64,000 nt of DNA from Escherichia coli. Lineage in GTDB: Bacteria; Pseudomonadota; Gammaproteobacteria; Enterobacterales; Enterobacteriaceae. Below, in pieces: positions 33,908 to 44,462 of this stretch (position 1 is its first letter; every line of letters starts with the position of its first letter). The notes beneath the pieces are model-generated. The model searched no databases and was not told where the DNA came from. It saw only the letters and a program-made list of their open reading frames with translations. The stretch lies in the NCBI RefSeq assembly GCF_002854065.1, contig NZ_CP024147.1. The stretch is one strand, 5' to 3'. The translations under genes were made by a program, and so were the position numbers.

Positions 33908-34945
33908 ATGTTTTCCGCATTGCGCCACCGTACCGCTGCCCTGGCGCTCGGCGTATGCTTTATTCTCCCCGTACACGCCTCGTCACCTAAACCTGGCGAT
34001 TTTGCTAATACCCAGGCACGACATATTGCTACTTTCTTTCCGGGACGCATGACCGGAACTCCTGCAGAAATGTTATCTGCCGATTATATTCGCCAACAGT
34101 TTCAGCAAATGGGTTATCGCAGTGATATTCGGACATTTAATAGTCGGTATATTTATACCGCCCGCGATAATCGCAAGAGCTGGCATAACGTGACGGGAAG
34201 TACGGTGATTGCCGCTCATGAAGGCAAAGCGCCGCAGCAGATCATCATTATGGCGCATCTGGATACTTACGCCCCGCTGAGCGATGCTGACGCCGATGCC
34301 AATCTCGGCGGGCTGACGTTACAAGGAATGGATGATAACGCCGCAGGTTTAGGTGTCATGCTGGAATTGGCAGAACGCCTGAAAAATACGCCTACCGAGT
34401 ATGGTATTCGATTTGTGGCGACCAGCGGCGAAGAGGAAGGGAAATTAGGCGCTGAGAATTTACTCAAGCGGATGAGTGACACCGAAAAGAAAAATACGCT
34501 GCTGGTGATTAATCTCGATAACTTAATTGTTGGCGATAAATTGTATTTCAACAGCGGTGTAAAAACCCCTGAAGCAGTAAGGAAATTAACGCGCGACAGG
34601 GCGCTGGCAATTGCGCGTAGTCATGGAATTGCCGCAACGACCAATCCGGGTTTGAATAAAAATTATCCGAAAGGCACTGGGTGTTGTAATGACGCAGAAA
34701 TATTCGACAAAGCGGGCATTGCTGTACTTTCGGTGGAAGCGACTAACTGGAATCTTGGGAATAAGGATGGTTATCAGCAACGCGCAAAAACAGCCGCATT
34801 CCCTGCGGGAAATAGCTGGCATGACGTAAGACTGGATAATCAACAGCATATTGATAAGGCACTTCCAGGAAGAATAGAACGTCGCTGCCGTGACGTTATG
34901 CGGATAATGCTACCACTGGTGAAGGAGCTGGCGAAGGCGTCTTGA
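33908..34945 (+). CDS. iap: Alkaline phosphatase isozyme conversion aminopeptidase
   Basis: 345-aa ORF with signal peptide and M28 peptidase features. Confidence 0.85.
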   Translation: MFSALRHRTAALALGVCFILPVHASSPKPGDFANTQARHIATFFPGRMTGTPAEMLSADYIRQQFQQMGYRSDIRTFNSRYIYTARDNRKSWHNVTGSTVIAAHEGKAPQQIIIMAHLDTYAPLSDADADANLGGLTLQGMDDNAAGLGVMLELAERLKNTPTEYGIRFVATSGEEEGKLGAENLLKRMSDTEKKNTLLVINLDNLIVGDKLYFNSGVKTPEAVRKLTRDRALAIARSHGIAATTNPGLNKNYPKGTGCCNDAEIFDKAGIAVLSVEATNWNLGNKDGYQQRAKTAAFPAGNSWHDVRLDNQQHIDKALPGRIERRCRDVMRIMLPLVKELAKAS

Positions 34946-35070
34946 TGGGTTTGAAATGATGACTCCCGTGCCTGCAGGAAATCAATGCCACCTGAAACAG
35001 AGAATAAAAAAGGGTGCAGGAGGCCAAACCATCACAATTCAATACGCGGGGTTTTACCCCCGCGTGGTGG

Positions 35071-35223
35071 CTACTTCTTCGATTCGTAAGCGAGAACTGC
35101 CTTAAACTCCATACCACGCTCTCTGATACTCAACTCACATAACGAGTCGCCTACCATGAGCGTGAATCCCAGTACTGTACAACACAGTACTATGATTGCC
35201 ACAAGGGCATATTTTGTTAGCAT
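35071..35223 (-). CDS. Hok-family type I toxin (hokX-like), intact 50-aa ORF
   Basis: [50 protein letters not shown]: TM helix plus conserved SLCEL...LAYES C-terminus; GGGAGG SD 6 nt upstream. Confidence 0.75.
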   Translation of the reverse strand: MLTKYALVAIIVLCCTVLGFTLMVGDSLCELSIRERGMEFKAVLAYESKK

Positions 35224-35430
35224 GTCTTGCCTCCCTGCAAAGAAGAGACTAACATCCGAATTGCTACGTTCGAACGCGAGCCTCAGGTTGATAGAAATAT
35301 CGCCTGGGGCTTTTGTCCATCTGGAACCTCGCGAATGCTTAACGCCAGACAGCCTCAAGCACCCGACGCCATTCTATACCTGATAATTCTTCCAGCGGCG
35401 TTCACGTTTAAAATCAGGAATGCTGCTCGC

Positions 35431-35470
35431 AAAATAAAAACGCCCCCATCATTTCTGACAGAGGCGTTTA
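35431..35470 (-). terminator. Likely cysJIH operon terminator
   Basis: Minus strand hairpin (aacgcctc...gggggcgtt) followed by TTTTTATTTT just downstream of cysH stop. Confidence 0.4.
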
Positions 35471-35486
35471 ATTTATCCGGCAATAT

Positions 35487-36221
35487 TTACCCTTCGTGTA
35501 ACCCACATTCCCTTTTTAAGCCAAAGAAACGCGTTTCTTCTTCCGCCATGCCGGGTTCCCATTTACGGGTTGTATGGGTATCGCCCACCGATAAATATCC
35601 TTCGTCCCATAATGGGTGATATTTCAGGCCATGTTTTTGCAGGTACTGATAAATAGTTCGGTTATCCCAGTCGATAATCGGCAGCACTTTAAATACGCCA
35701 CGCTGAATTGCCAGCACCGGTAAATTGGCGCGGCTGCCGGATTGTTCACGGCGCAGGCCAGCAAACCAGGTTTGCGCATTCAGTTCTTTTAGCGCCCGGT
35801 TCATCGGTTCGACTTTGTTGATGTCATTGTACTTTTCAATGCCTTCAACGCCCTGTTCCCACAGTTTTCCGTAGCGTGCTTCCTGCCAGGCTGCGCTTTC
35901 GGTAGCACGGTACACTTTCAGGTTGAGCTTGAGTTTGTCCGTTAACTCGTCAATAAAGCGGTAGGTTTCCGGGAACAAGTAACCGGTATCGGTGAGGATC
36001 ACTGGAATATCCGGGCGAATCTGATTCACCAGATGCAGGCTCACCGCCGCCTGAATGCCGAAGCTGGAAGAAAGCACATATTCACCGGGCAGATTATCCA
36101 GCGCCCAGGCTACGCGGCCTTCAGCGTCCAGTTTTTCCAGTTGGGCGTTAGTTTCCGCCAGCGCCAGAATGCGATCTACCTTCGGCAGTTCGTTCAGGGC
36201 GTTTAGATCGAGTTTGGACAT
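35487..36221 (-). CDS. cysH: Phosphoadenosine phosphosulfate reductase
   Basis: Start at [12 protein letters not shown] inside longer ORF; 244 aa; C-terminal ECGLH motif. Confidence 0.9.
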
Positions 36222-36242
36222 AGATTCCTCACTGTTTGCCTT

Positions 36243-36278
36243 GCCTGATGCGACGCTCACGCGTCTTATCAGGCCTAC
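36243..36278. repeat. REP (repetitive extragenic palindrome) element
   Basis: gcctgatgcgacgctcacgcgtcttatcaggcctac in cysH-cysI spacer. Confidence 0.5.
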
Positions 36279-36294
36279 AAGACCGGGCTGATGG

Positions 36295-38007
36295 TTAATC
36301 CCACAAATCGCGCGCCGGATCGAGCACCGGGCGAATGATGCCCGCACGCACCGTAAAGTCGCCGAAGCCTTCACCCGCTTCGCGCTCTTTCGCCCAGCGC
36401 CCTATCAGTTCATCAAGCGACGCCAGGATTTCCGGCTCGGTGATGTTTTCTTTATACATCCGTGGGATACGTGTCCCAATGCGGTTGCCGCCAAGATGCA
36501 GGTTGTAGCGACCCGGCGCTTTACCCACCAGGCCCACTTCCGCCAGCATCGCGCGACCACAACCGTTCGGGCAGCCTGTTACACGCATCACGATATGCTC
36601 ATCGCTGACACCATGTTTCGCCATTAAATTATCGATGTTGTCGATAAAAGACGGCAGGAAACGCTCCGCTTCCGCCATCGCCAGCGGGCAAGTCGGGAAT
36701 GACACGCAGGCCATTGAGTTTTCACGCTGCGGCGTGACGGCATTCATTAACCCGCTCTCTTTGGCGATCCTCTCGATCTTCGCTTTCTCACTTTCCGGCA
36801 CACCGGCGATGATCAGATTCTGGTTCGCCGTAATGCGGAAATCACCTTTGTGGATCTTTGCGATCTCCAGCAGGCCGGTTTTCAGCGGACGCCCCGGATA
36901 ATCAAGGATGCGACCATTTTCGATAAACAGCGTCAGGTGCCAGTTATCATCAATGCCCTTAACCCAGCCAATACGATCTCCGCGTCCGGTAAACTCATAC
37001 GGGCGAATCGGCTCGAATTTGATCCCCGCGCGACGTTCCACTTCCGCTTTAAATGTCTCAACACCCACGCGCTCCAGCGTGTATTTGGTTTTGGCATTTT
37101 TACGATCGGTACGGTTACCCCAATCGCGCTGAGTCGTCACGACGGCTTCCGCCACCGCCAGGGTATGCTCCAGCGGCAGATAACCAAACTCGCTCGCCGT
37201 GCGGGCGTAGGTTTTCTTATTACCGTGTTCGATGGAAAGCCCGCCGCCCACCAGCAGGTTAAAGCCTACCAGCTTGCCGTTTTCGGCGATTGCCACGAAG
37301 TTCATGTCGTTGGCGTGCAGATCGATATCGTTCTGTGGCGGGATCACTACCGTGGTTTTGAATTTACGCGGCAGGTAGGTCTGGCCGAGGATCGGTTCTT
37401 CATCAGTGGTGGCGACTTTTTCCTGATCGAGCCAGATCTCCGCATACGCGCGGGTACGCGGCAGCAGATGTTCCGAGATTTTCTTCGCCCACTCGTACGC
37501 TTCTGCGTGCAGCTGCGACTCGTAAGGGTTCGAGGTGCAGAGTACGTTACGGTTCATGTCGTTAGCGGTCGCCAGCGCATCAAGACCGACCGAGTGCAGC
37601 ATCTGGTGCACCGGTTTGACGTTCTTTTTCAGAATGCCGTGGAACTGGAATGTCTGGCGGTTGGTCAGGCGAATGCTGCCATAGATGGTGTTTTCACCGG
37701 CAAATTTATCGATCGCCTGCCACTGTTTGGTGGTGATAACTCCACCCGGCAGACGGCAGCGCAACAGCATCGCATGGCGCGGCTCCAGCTTCTGTTCAGC
37801 ACGTTCGGCGCGGATGTCGCGGTCATCCTGCTGATACATGCCGTGGAAGCGGATCAGCAGGAAGTTGTCGCCCTTAAAGCCGCCGGTCAGACCGTCGTTT
37901 AAATCTTCCGCAATGGTGCCGCGCAGGTAGTTGCTTTCAAGCTTCATGCGCTCGGCGTCTGTCAGTTTTCCTTCGACCACTAAAGGCCCTGGATGTTTTT
38001 CGCTCAT
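36295..38007 (-). CDS. cysI: Sulfite reductase hemoprotein beta subunit
   Basis: 570-aa ORF, siroheme/4Fe-4S Cys cluster. Confidence 0.9.
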
Positions 38008-39806
38008 TAGTAGACATCTCGCTGATAACGGCGCTCTACGCGCAGCTCACTTAAAAATTCATCCGCCGCTTCGGTGTCCATACCACCAAATTCGGCAATC
38101 ACTTCCAGAAGTGCCTGCTCAACGTCTTTCGCCATGCGATTAGCGTCGCCGCAGACATAAATGTGGGCACCGTCATTGATCCAGCGCCACAGCTCCGCGC
38201 CCTGTTCGCGTAGTTTGTCTTGTACGTAAACTTTTTCTTTTTGATCGCGCGACCAGGCGAGATCGATACGTGTCAGCACACCCTCTTTGACGTAGCGCTG
38301 CCACTCCACCTGGTAGAGGAAATCTTCCGTAAAATGCGGGTTGCCAAAGAACAGCCAGTTTTTACCCGGTGCTTCATCGGCAGCACGTTGCTGCATAAAG
38401 GCGCGGAACGGCGCGATACCGGTGCCTGGGCCAATCATAATCACCGGGGTTTCTGGATTGGCTGGTAGGCGGAAGTTATCGTTATGTTCGATAAATACGC
38501 GGAGTTCGCCCTCTTCTTCCACGCGGTCCGCAAGGAAGCTGGAGGCCCCCCCGGCACGGGCGCGGCCTTCCACGTCGTAACGCACCACACCAACGGTGAC
38601 GTGTACTTCGTTCTCGACTTCCGCCTGCGAGGAGGCAATGGAATAGAGACGCGGCGTCAGCGGGCGCAGCAGATTAATTAGCGCTTCGGCATCAAGCTGT
38701 GCCGGGGAGAAACGCACCATGTCAACAATCGGCGTCGTCGCGGCGTAATGCTGTAACTTCGCTTTATCGCCCACCAGCGGCAGCAGTGTTTCACTGCGGG
38801 TAAGCGTGGCATAATTCTCAACAATGTTGGCGGTGTTGACGGTCAGTTCGAAGTGCCACTGTAGCGCTTCGTTCAGAGGCAACGTTTTGCCCTCGACGGT
38901 GACAGGTTCATCGCCTTTCAGCCACAGCAGTTCGACAAGTTCTTTCACCAGTGCCGGATCGTTCTGATACCAGACACCCAGCGCGTCACCCGGCTGGTAA
39001 CGCAGGCCCGAGTCACCTAAGTCAATTTCGATATGGCGAACGTCTTTTTCAGAGTTACGCCCGGTAATTTTCTGGTTAACCGAAAGGCTCGCTACCAGCG
39101 GCGCGTCTTTGCTGTACGGGCTGGTGTGGATTTCATTTACCACGCCAGTAGCGACGGATTGCGAAGGTGCCGCGACAGGCGCACGCGATTTAAGCGCATC
39201 AACCACGCGGGCGCGCCACTCGCTGGCAGCAGCCTGGTATTCAACGTCGGCGTCGACACGGTCGAGCAGGCGTTCACCGCCCAGTTCCGCCAGCTTGCTG
39301 TCGAAATCTTTCCCGGACTGGCAGAAAAATTCATAAGAACTATCGCCGAGGCTAAACACGGCAAAAGCGGTATTTTCCAGCTTCGGCGCTTTTTTGGAGA
39401 ACAGGAACTTATGCAGCGCGACGGCTTCTTCCGGCGGTTCCCCTTCTCCTTGCGTTGACGTCACCACGATAAGCAGTTTTTCGCTGGCGATTTGTTTGAA
39501 TTTATAGTCGCCCGCGTTCACCAGCTTAACGTTCAGTTTTGCCGTCAATAAATCATCGCGTAATGCTTCAGCAACCCGGCGCGCATTGCCGGTTTGCGAA
39601 GCAGAGATAATAGTTATACCCGGCATTTCTGCGGCTGGCGCTGGCGTCGCTGCAAGCGCAGCAGGCTGCTGATTGAGCACGCCCCAGAAATAGCCAGAAA
39701 CCCAGGCAAGCTGGGGGGGAGTTAAATCGGTCGTGGCCGCCTGAAGGCGTGCCAGTTGCTCCGGGTTCAACGGAAGCAACGCGGAAGGTGGGACCTGTGT
39801 CGTCAT
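38007..39806 (-). CDS. cysJ: Sulfite reductase flavoprotein alpha subunit
   Basis: 599-aa ORF with flavodoxin and FAD/NADPH domains. Confidence 0.9.
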   Translation of the reverse strand: MTTQVPPSALLPLNPEQLARLQAATTDLTPPQLAWVSGYFWGVLNQQPAALAATPAPAAEMPGITIISASQTGNARRVAEALRDDLLTAKLNVKLVNAGDYKFKQIASEKLLIVVTSTQGEGEPPEEAVALHKFLFSKKAPKLENTAFAVFSLGDSSYEFFCQSGKDFDSKLAELGGERLLDRVDADVEYQAAASEWRARVVDALKSRAPVAAPSQSVATGVVNEIHTSPYSKDAPLVASLSVNQKITGRNSEKDVRHIEIDLGDSGLRYQPGDALGVWYQNDPALVKELVELLWLKGDEPVTVEGKTLPLNEALQWHFELTVNTANIVENYATLTRSETLLPLVGDKAKLQHYAATTPIVDMVRFSPAQLDAEALINLLRPLTPRLYSIASSQAEVENEVHVTVGVVRYDVEGRARAGGASSFLADRVEEEGELRVFIEHNDNFRLPANPETPVIMIGPGTGIAPFRAFMQQRAADEAPGKNWLFFGNPHFTEDFLYQVEWQRYVKEGVLTRIDLAWSRDQKEKVYVQDKLREQGAELWRWINDGAHIYVCGDANRMAKDVEQALLEVIAEFGGMDTEAADEFLSELRVERRYQRDVY

Positions 39807-40120
39807 GCGTCGTTATGTTCCAGTAAGCAAAGCTGTTTCTGCGCCCTGTCAGCGCCCATAAAACAGAAGAGAAGGTAAGGTTAACGGGGTGAACGGTGTG
39901 GATTAAAGACGGGATAGCGATAACTAATAACCAAATCGACTAACCTGTTTTAGCAATAGTCTTTAACAACAAAATAGATTAACCAACCTATTGAAAAAAA
40001 ATGAATTTAGCCAATCATTAAGATAAATCAGCGATTTTGCGCAACAAAGTCGTTTTAGATAATGCGAAAAAAGAGCCTTTCCGGTACTCTACGGCGGTTT
40101 TATCGTCCTGTAGAGAAATT

Positions 40121-40486
40121 ATGATGTCCACCACGTTATTTAAAGATTTCACCTTCGAAGCCGCTCACCGCTTACCACACGTCCCGGAAGGGCATAAATG
40201 TGGTCGCCTGCACGGGCATTCCTTTATGGTGCGACTGGAAATTACCGGGGAAGTCGATCCGCATACGGGCTGGATTATCGATTTCGCTGAACTAAAAGCG
40301 GCGTTTAAGCCAACTTATGAGCGCCTCGATCACCATTATCTCAATGATATTCCAGGTCTGGAAAACCCAACTAGCGAAGTTTTAGCAAAATGGATTTGGG
40401 ATCAGGTTAAACCCGTTGTGCCGCTGTTAAGTGCGGTGATGGTAAAAGAAACCTGCACCGCTGGTTGTATCTATCGCGGCGAATGA
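40121..40486 (+). CDS. queD: 6-carboxy-5,6,7,8-tetrahydropterin synthase
   Basis: Start at [18 protein letters not shown] inside longer ORF; 121 aa. Confidence 0.9.
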   Translation: MMSTTLFKDFTFEAAHRLPHVPEGHKCGRLHGHSFMVRLEITGEVDPHTGWIIDFAELKAAFKPTYERLDHHYLNDIPGLENPTSEVLAKWIWDQVKPVVPLLSAVMVKETCTAGCIYRGE

Positions 40487-40563
40487 TAAGAGTGTGGCGG
40501 CGGTCAATTTCCCTTAAGTAACGCTATGTTAGGGTGTTGTGTTCAGGATATCTGGGGCATGAC

Positions 40564-41835
40564 ATGGAAGACGACTGCGACATTATTATTATTGGTGCCG
40601 GTATTGCAGGCACCGCTTGCGCGTTACGCTGCGCGCGAGCGGGTTTATCCGTTTTGTTACTGGAACGCGCTGAAATCCCCGGCAGCAAAAATCTTTCCGG
40701 CGGGCGGTTATATACCCATGCACTCGCGGAACTCCTCCCTCAATTTCATCTGACCGCGCCTCTTGAACGACGCATCACTCACGAAAGCCTTTCCCTGTTA
40801 ACGCCGGATGGCGCAACGACGTTTTCCAGCTTACAGCCCGGCGGTGAATCCTGGAGTGTATTACGTGCACGGTTCGATCCGTGGCTGGTTGCCGAAGCCG
40901 AAAAAGAAGGTGTCGAATGCATCCCTGGTGCGACGGTGGATGCACTGTATGAAGAAAACGGCAGGGTGTGTGGTGTCATTTGTGGTGACGATATTCTCCG
41001 CGCCCGTTATGTGGTGCTGGCAGAAGGTGCCAACAGCGTCCTGGCTGAACGTCACGGGTTAGTGACTCGTCCTGCTGGCGAAGCGATGGCGTTGGGGATC
41101 AAAGAAGTGCTGTCGCTGGAAACATCCGCTATTGAAGAACGTTTTCATCTGGAGAATAACGAAGGCGCAGCGTTGCTGTTCAGCGGCGGAATCTGTGATG
41201 ACTTACCCGGCGGCGCATTTCTTTATACTAATCAACAAACGCTCTCGTTAGGGATTGTTTGCCCACTCTCTTCCCTTACGCAAAGTCGTGTTCCGGCAAG
41301 CGAGCTGCTTGCTCGCTTTAAAACGCATCCGGCAGTGCGCCCGCTTATCAAAAACACGGAATCACTGGAGTATGGTGCGCATCTGGTGCCAGAAGGTGGC
41401 TTGCACAGTATGCCGGTACAATACGCCGGTAACGGCTGGCTGCTGGTGGGCGATGCGTTGCGCAGTTGCGTCAATACCGGAATTTCTGTGCGCGGCATGG
41501 ATACGGCGCTAACTGGCGCGCAGGCGGCGGCACAAACACTGATAAGCGCCTGCCAGCACCGCGAGCCGCAAAATCTGTTTCCGCTTTATCATCACAACGT
41601 AGAGCGCAGCCTACTGTGGGATGTTCTACAGCGTTATCAGCATGTTCCGGCGCTTTTGCAACGCCCGGGATGGTACCGTACGTGGCCTGCGTTAATGCAG
41701 GATATTTCCCGCGATTTATGGGATCAGGGTGATAAACCTGTTCCACCGCTGCGCCAGTTACTCTGGCGTCATTTACGTCGTCATGGCTTGTGGAATCTGG
41801 CGGGCGATGTTATCAGGAGTGTTCGATGTCTGTAG
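40564..41835 (+). CDS. ygcN: FAD-dependent oxidoreductase, FixC/ETF-QO-like
   Basis: Start at MEDDCDIIIIGAGIAGTACA (Rossmann GxGxxG); 423 aa. Confidence 0.85.
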   Translation: MEDDCDIIIIGAGIAGTACALRCARAGLSVLLLERAEIPGSKNLSGGRLYTHALAELLPQFHLTAPLERRITHESLSLLTPDGATTFSSLQPGGESWSVLRARFDPWLVAEAEKEGVECIPGATVDALYEENGRVCGVICGDDILRARYVVLAEGANSVLAERHGLVTRPAGEAMALGIKEVLSLETSAIEERFHLENNEGAALLFSGGICDDLPGGAFLYTNQQTLSLGIVCPLSSLTQSRVPASELLARFKTHPAVRPLIKNTESLEYGAHLVPEGGLHSMPVQYAGNGWLLVGDALRSCVNTGISVRGMDTALTGAQAAAQTLISACQHREPQNLFPLYHHNVERSLLWDVLQRYQHVPALLQRPGWYRTWPALMQDISRDLWDQGDKPVPPLRQLLWRHLRRHGLWNLAGDVIRSVRCL

Positions 41836-42086
41836 CCCGTAATCTCTGGCGCGCTGCTGATGCGCCGCATATTGTTCCGGCTGACTCCGTTGAGCGCCAG
41901 ACGGCAGAACGATTAATTAACGCCTGCCCGGCAGGTCTTTTTGCGCTCACGCCGGAAGGCGACTTGCGTGTTGATTATCGCGGTTGCCTTGAGTGTGGCA
42001 CCTGCCGTTTGCTGTGCGACGAATCAACACTACAACAGTGGCGCTATCCACCTTCCGGATTCGGCATCACCTACCGCTTTGGATAA
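41826..42086 (+). CDS. ygcO: Ferredoxin-like protein, FixX-like
   Basis: 86 aa with CLECGTCRLLC motif; overlaps ygcN end. Confidence 0.8.
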   Translation: MSVARNLWRAADAPHIVPADSVERQTAERLINACPAGLFALTPEGDLRVDYRGCLECGTCRLLCDESTLQQWRYPPSGFGITYRFG

Positions 42087-42102
42087 ATAATAAGGATAAT
42101 TT

Positions 42103-42678
42103 ATGCCCCTCTTACACCTGCTCCGCCAGAATCCGGTGATTGCTGCCGTTAAAGATAATGCCAGCCTGCAACTGGCAATCCATTCTGAATGCCAATTTAT
42201 TTCCGTGTTGTACGGCAATATCTGCACCATCAGTAATATCGTTAAAAAGATTAAGAACGCCGGGAAATATGCTTTTATTCATGTTGATTTGCTGGAAGGC
42301 GCGTCAAATAAAGAAGTCGTGATTCAGTTTTTGAAACTGGTGACCGAGGCGGACGGCATTATCAGTACCAAAGCCTCAATGTTGAAAGCGGCAAGAGCGG
42401 AAGGTTTTTTCTGTATTCATCGCCTGTTTATTGTTGATTCAATTTCGTTTCACAACATTGATAAGCAAGTTGCGCAATCGAATCCGGATTGTATTGAGAT
42501 CCTGCCAGGCTGTATGCCCAAAGTGCTGGGCTGGGTGACGGAAAAAATCCGCCAACCGCTGATTGCTGGCGGGCTGGTATGCGATGAAGAAGATGCGCGT
42601 AATGCGATTAACGCGGGTGTCGTGGCGCTTTCCACCACGAATACCGGAGTCTGGACGTTAGCGAAAAAATTGCTTTGA
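42103..42678 (+). CDS. ygcP: GlpP-family antiterminator-like regulator
   Basis: 191-aa ORF, GlpP/G3P-antiterminator family. Confidence 0.8.
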   Translation: MPLLHLLRQNPVIAAVKDNASLQLAIHSECQFISVLYGNICTISNIVKKIKNAGKYAFIHVDLLEGASNKEVVIQFLKLVTEADGIISTKASMLKAARAEGFFCIHRLFIVDSISFHNIDKQVAQSNPDCIEILPGCMPKVLGWVTEKIRQPLIAGGLVCDEEDARNAINAGVVALSTTNTGVWTLAKKLL

Positions 42679-42712
42679 CGGGATAATCGTAACCAATTGA
42701 ATTTGGTTTGAT

Positions 42713-42781
42713 TTGTAGGCCGCACGCCACATCCGACATTCAGCGCCTGATGCGACGCTTAACACGTCTTATCAGGCCTAC
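42713..42781. repeat. REP element(s) between convergent ygcP and ygcQ
   Basis: tgtaggccg... and gcctgatgcgacgcttaacacgtcttatcaggcctac. Confidence 0.5.
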
Positions 42782-42825
42782 AGGTCCCCAGTCCAGAACC
42801 GTAGGCAGGATCATCCGGCAACACG

Positions 42826-43686
42826 TTATTGGCAATCTGCGTGAATGTTTGTCACCAGTGCCTCCAGCACCACTTTCCAGTCATCAACCACGCCAACATC
42901 TGCCTGTGAAAATACCGCTGCGCTGGCGTCATGATTAATCGCCACCACAAACTTGCTATTGCGTACGCCCGCCATTAACGCTGCTGCGCCAGAAGCGCCA
43001 ACAACAATACACACCTCAGGTGCCAGCAGATGTCCGGAAATACCAATCACTTTTTCAGCATCAACGCCACCGTTCATCACTCGCGCCCGACTGTAGCCCA
43101 CTTCGGCTCCCAGCTTTTCTGCCAGCATAGCGATTTCCTGGTTATCTGCCTCTCCGCCCTGCCCCACCACCAACACCCGTCTGGCCTCAGCTAATGGGTC
43201 GCGGGTAACATTTTTCAGGTTCTCTATACTAACCAGCCAGTCCGGAAGCGCACCTGGGACTATGTTCAGTTGCTGCATACCAGAGGGCAAAGTGGCATTT
43301 TTATCTGCTCCCGCCTGGCGCGCCAGGGAAAGACATAGCGGGCGTTTTTCTGTTTGCAGCGTCGCCGTTAGCGCATTTCCCCAGTGGGATTTGCGCACGC
43401 TTACGATTGGAATCTCTAACGAAGTCACCTGGCAGATGCTTGCACCATGTAAACGCCAGGCCAGCCGAGTCGACAGTTCATCGCCAAACGTTCCCGGCGG
43501 AAAGAGAACAACGTTCGCAGGCGTTCGCTGCCACTGTTCCACCAGCGCATCCAGCACCTGTTCCACCACTACGGGCTGTGGTTCTATTTGCCAGTGCGCC
43601 AGGGTACAACCGCTGAAATCCTGCGCCGCCAGCCAGCCCGCTAATGCGGCATTCTCCTGATTTATTGTCACAATTGCGATATTCAT
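42826..43686 (-). CDS. ygcQ: Electron transfer flavoprotein alpha-subunit-like (FixB-like)
   Basis: Start at MNIAIVTINQ inside longer ORF; 286 aa. Confidence 0.8.
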   Translation of the reverse strand: MNIAIVTINQENAALAGWLAAQDFSGCTLAHWQIEPQPVVVEQVLDALVEQWQRTPANVVLFPPGTFGDELSTRLAWRLHGASICQVTSLEIPIVSVRKSHWGNALTATLQTEKRPLCLSLARQAGADKNATLPSGMQQLNIVPGALPDWLVSIENLKNVTRDPLAEARRVLVVGQGGEADNQEIAMLAEKLGAEVGYSRARVMNGGVDAEKVIGISGHLLAPEVCIVVGASGAAALMAGVRNSKFVVAINHDASAAVFSQADVGVVDDWKVVLEALVTNIHADCQ

Positions 43687-44462
43687 GGCTGCATCCTTTG
43701 GCGTAAATAGTCCTGCCATAGCTTTTGCGCTTTTTCTGCTACCGTTTGCCCATCAATCAGCGTCGCTCCGCGTCGTTGCTCTGCTCTTGCCAGTTGCAGA
43801 CACTGCATCGCTGGCAATTCGGCAGCAACAGTTTTACGGATAATTTCCGCTTTCCCCGCAGCCATTCGCTGGCGCATTCCCGGTACTGGCAAGGCCACTT
43901 CACCGCACTGACGCACGGCAATCACCGCAGGCAAGCGAATCCGACAACAGCGCAGCCCATGTTCAGTACGCTGTTCGAGGGTGATAAACGGCGCGTCGAG
44001 AGTGAAACGCTCCACCTGGGTGAAGCATGGCCAGCCCAGCATTTCCGCCAGCAAAAATGGCGTTTGCCCATTCTGCCCTTCGCTGCTTTGGCAGCCGGTA
44101 ATTATCAGATCCAGCGGATTCTGACGCTGCCATTCGGCAATATGGCGAGCGACAAATTCCGACGCAAAGCGCAGATCTGCCGCCGTCTCCAGCAATACAG
44201 CTTCCTCAAACCCAAGAGCCATGAGATAGAGCAGCCAGTGTAACGCCCGTTCATCCCCCATGCTCAACGCGGTTAAAGACATCGGCGTACCGTTTTTTCT
44301 CTGCGCCAACAGCAGCGCGGCGGCAGCCTGTTCATCAGCACCGAGTAAACTTCGCAGTAGCGAAACATCCGGTCCGCTATTACCCTGAGCCGCCGCCTGC
44401 CACTCTTTTTCCGCCAGCATTCCGGCATCCGGTTCGGCTTTAAACGCTAACAGAATGTTCAT
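43683..44462 (-). CDS. ygcR: Electron transfer flavoprotein beta-subunit-like (FixA-like)
   Basis: 259-aa ORF, overlaps ygcQ start. Confidence 0.8.
   Translation of the reverse strand: MNILLAFKAEPDAGMLAEKEWQAAAQGNSGPDVSLLRSLLGADEQAAAALLLAQRKNGTPMSLTALSMGDERALHWLLYLMALGFEEAVLLETAADLRFASEFVARHIAEWQRQNPLDLIITGCQSSEGQNGQTPFLLAEMLGWPCFTQVERFTLDAPFITLEQRTEHGLRCCRIRLPAVIAVRQCGEVALPVPGMRQRMAAGKAEIIRKTVAAELPAMQCLQLARAEQRRGATLIDGQTVAEKAQKLWQDYLRQRMQP

Noticed and set aside
35041-35070. GC-rich hairpin cgcggggttttacccccgcg between iap and hok, considered as a CRISPR repeat remnant
   Set aside because: The arms are GGGG-first then CCCC, the opposite of the type I-E repeat palindrome, and flanking bases do not match the repeat. 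More likely a transcript-end stem-loop for hok or iap.
35071-35358. 95-aa minus-strand ORF treated as one protein
   Set aside because: Only the C-terminal 50 codons look like Hok and they have their own strong RBS. The upstream in-frame extension is probably leader sequence, not coding.
36850-37902. 350-aa plus-strand ORF
   Set aside because: Antisense to cysI; no start context and no protein similarity; artefact of the high-GC coding strand opposite.
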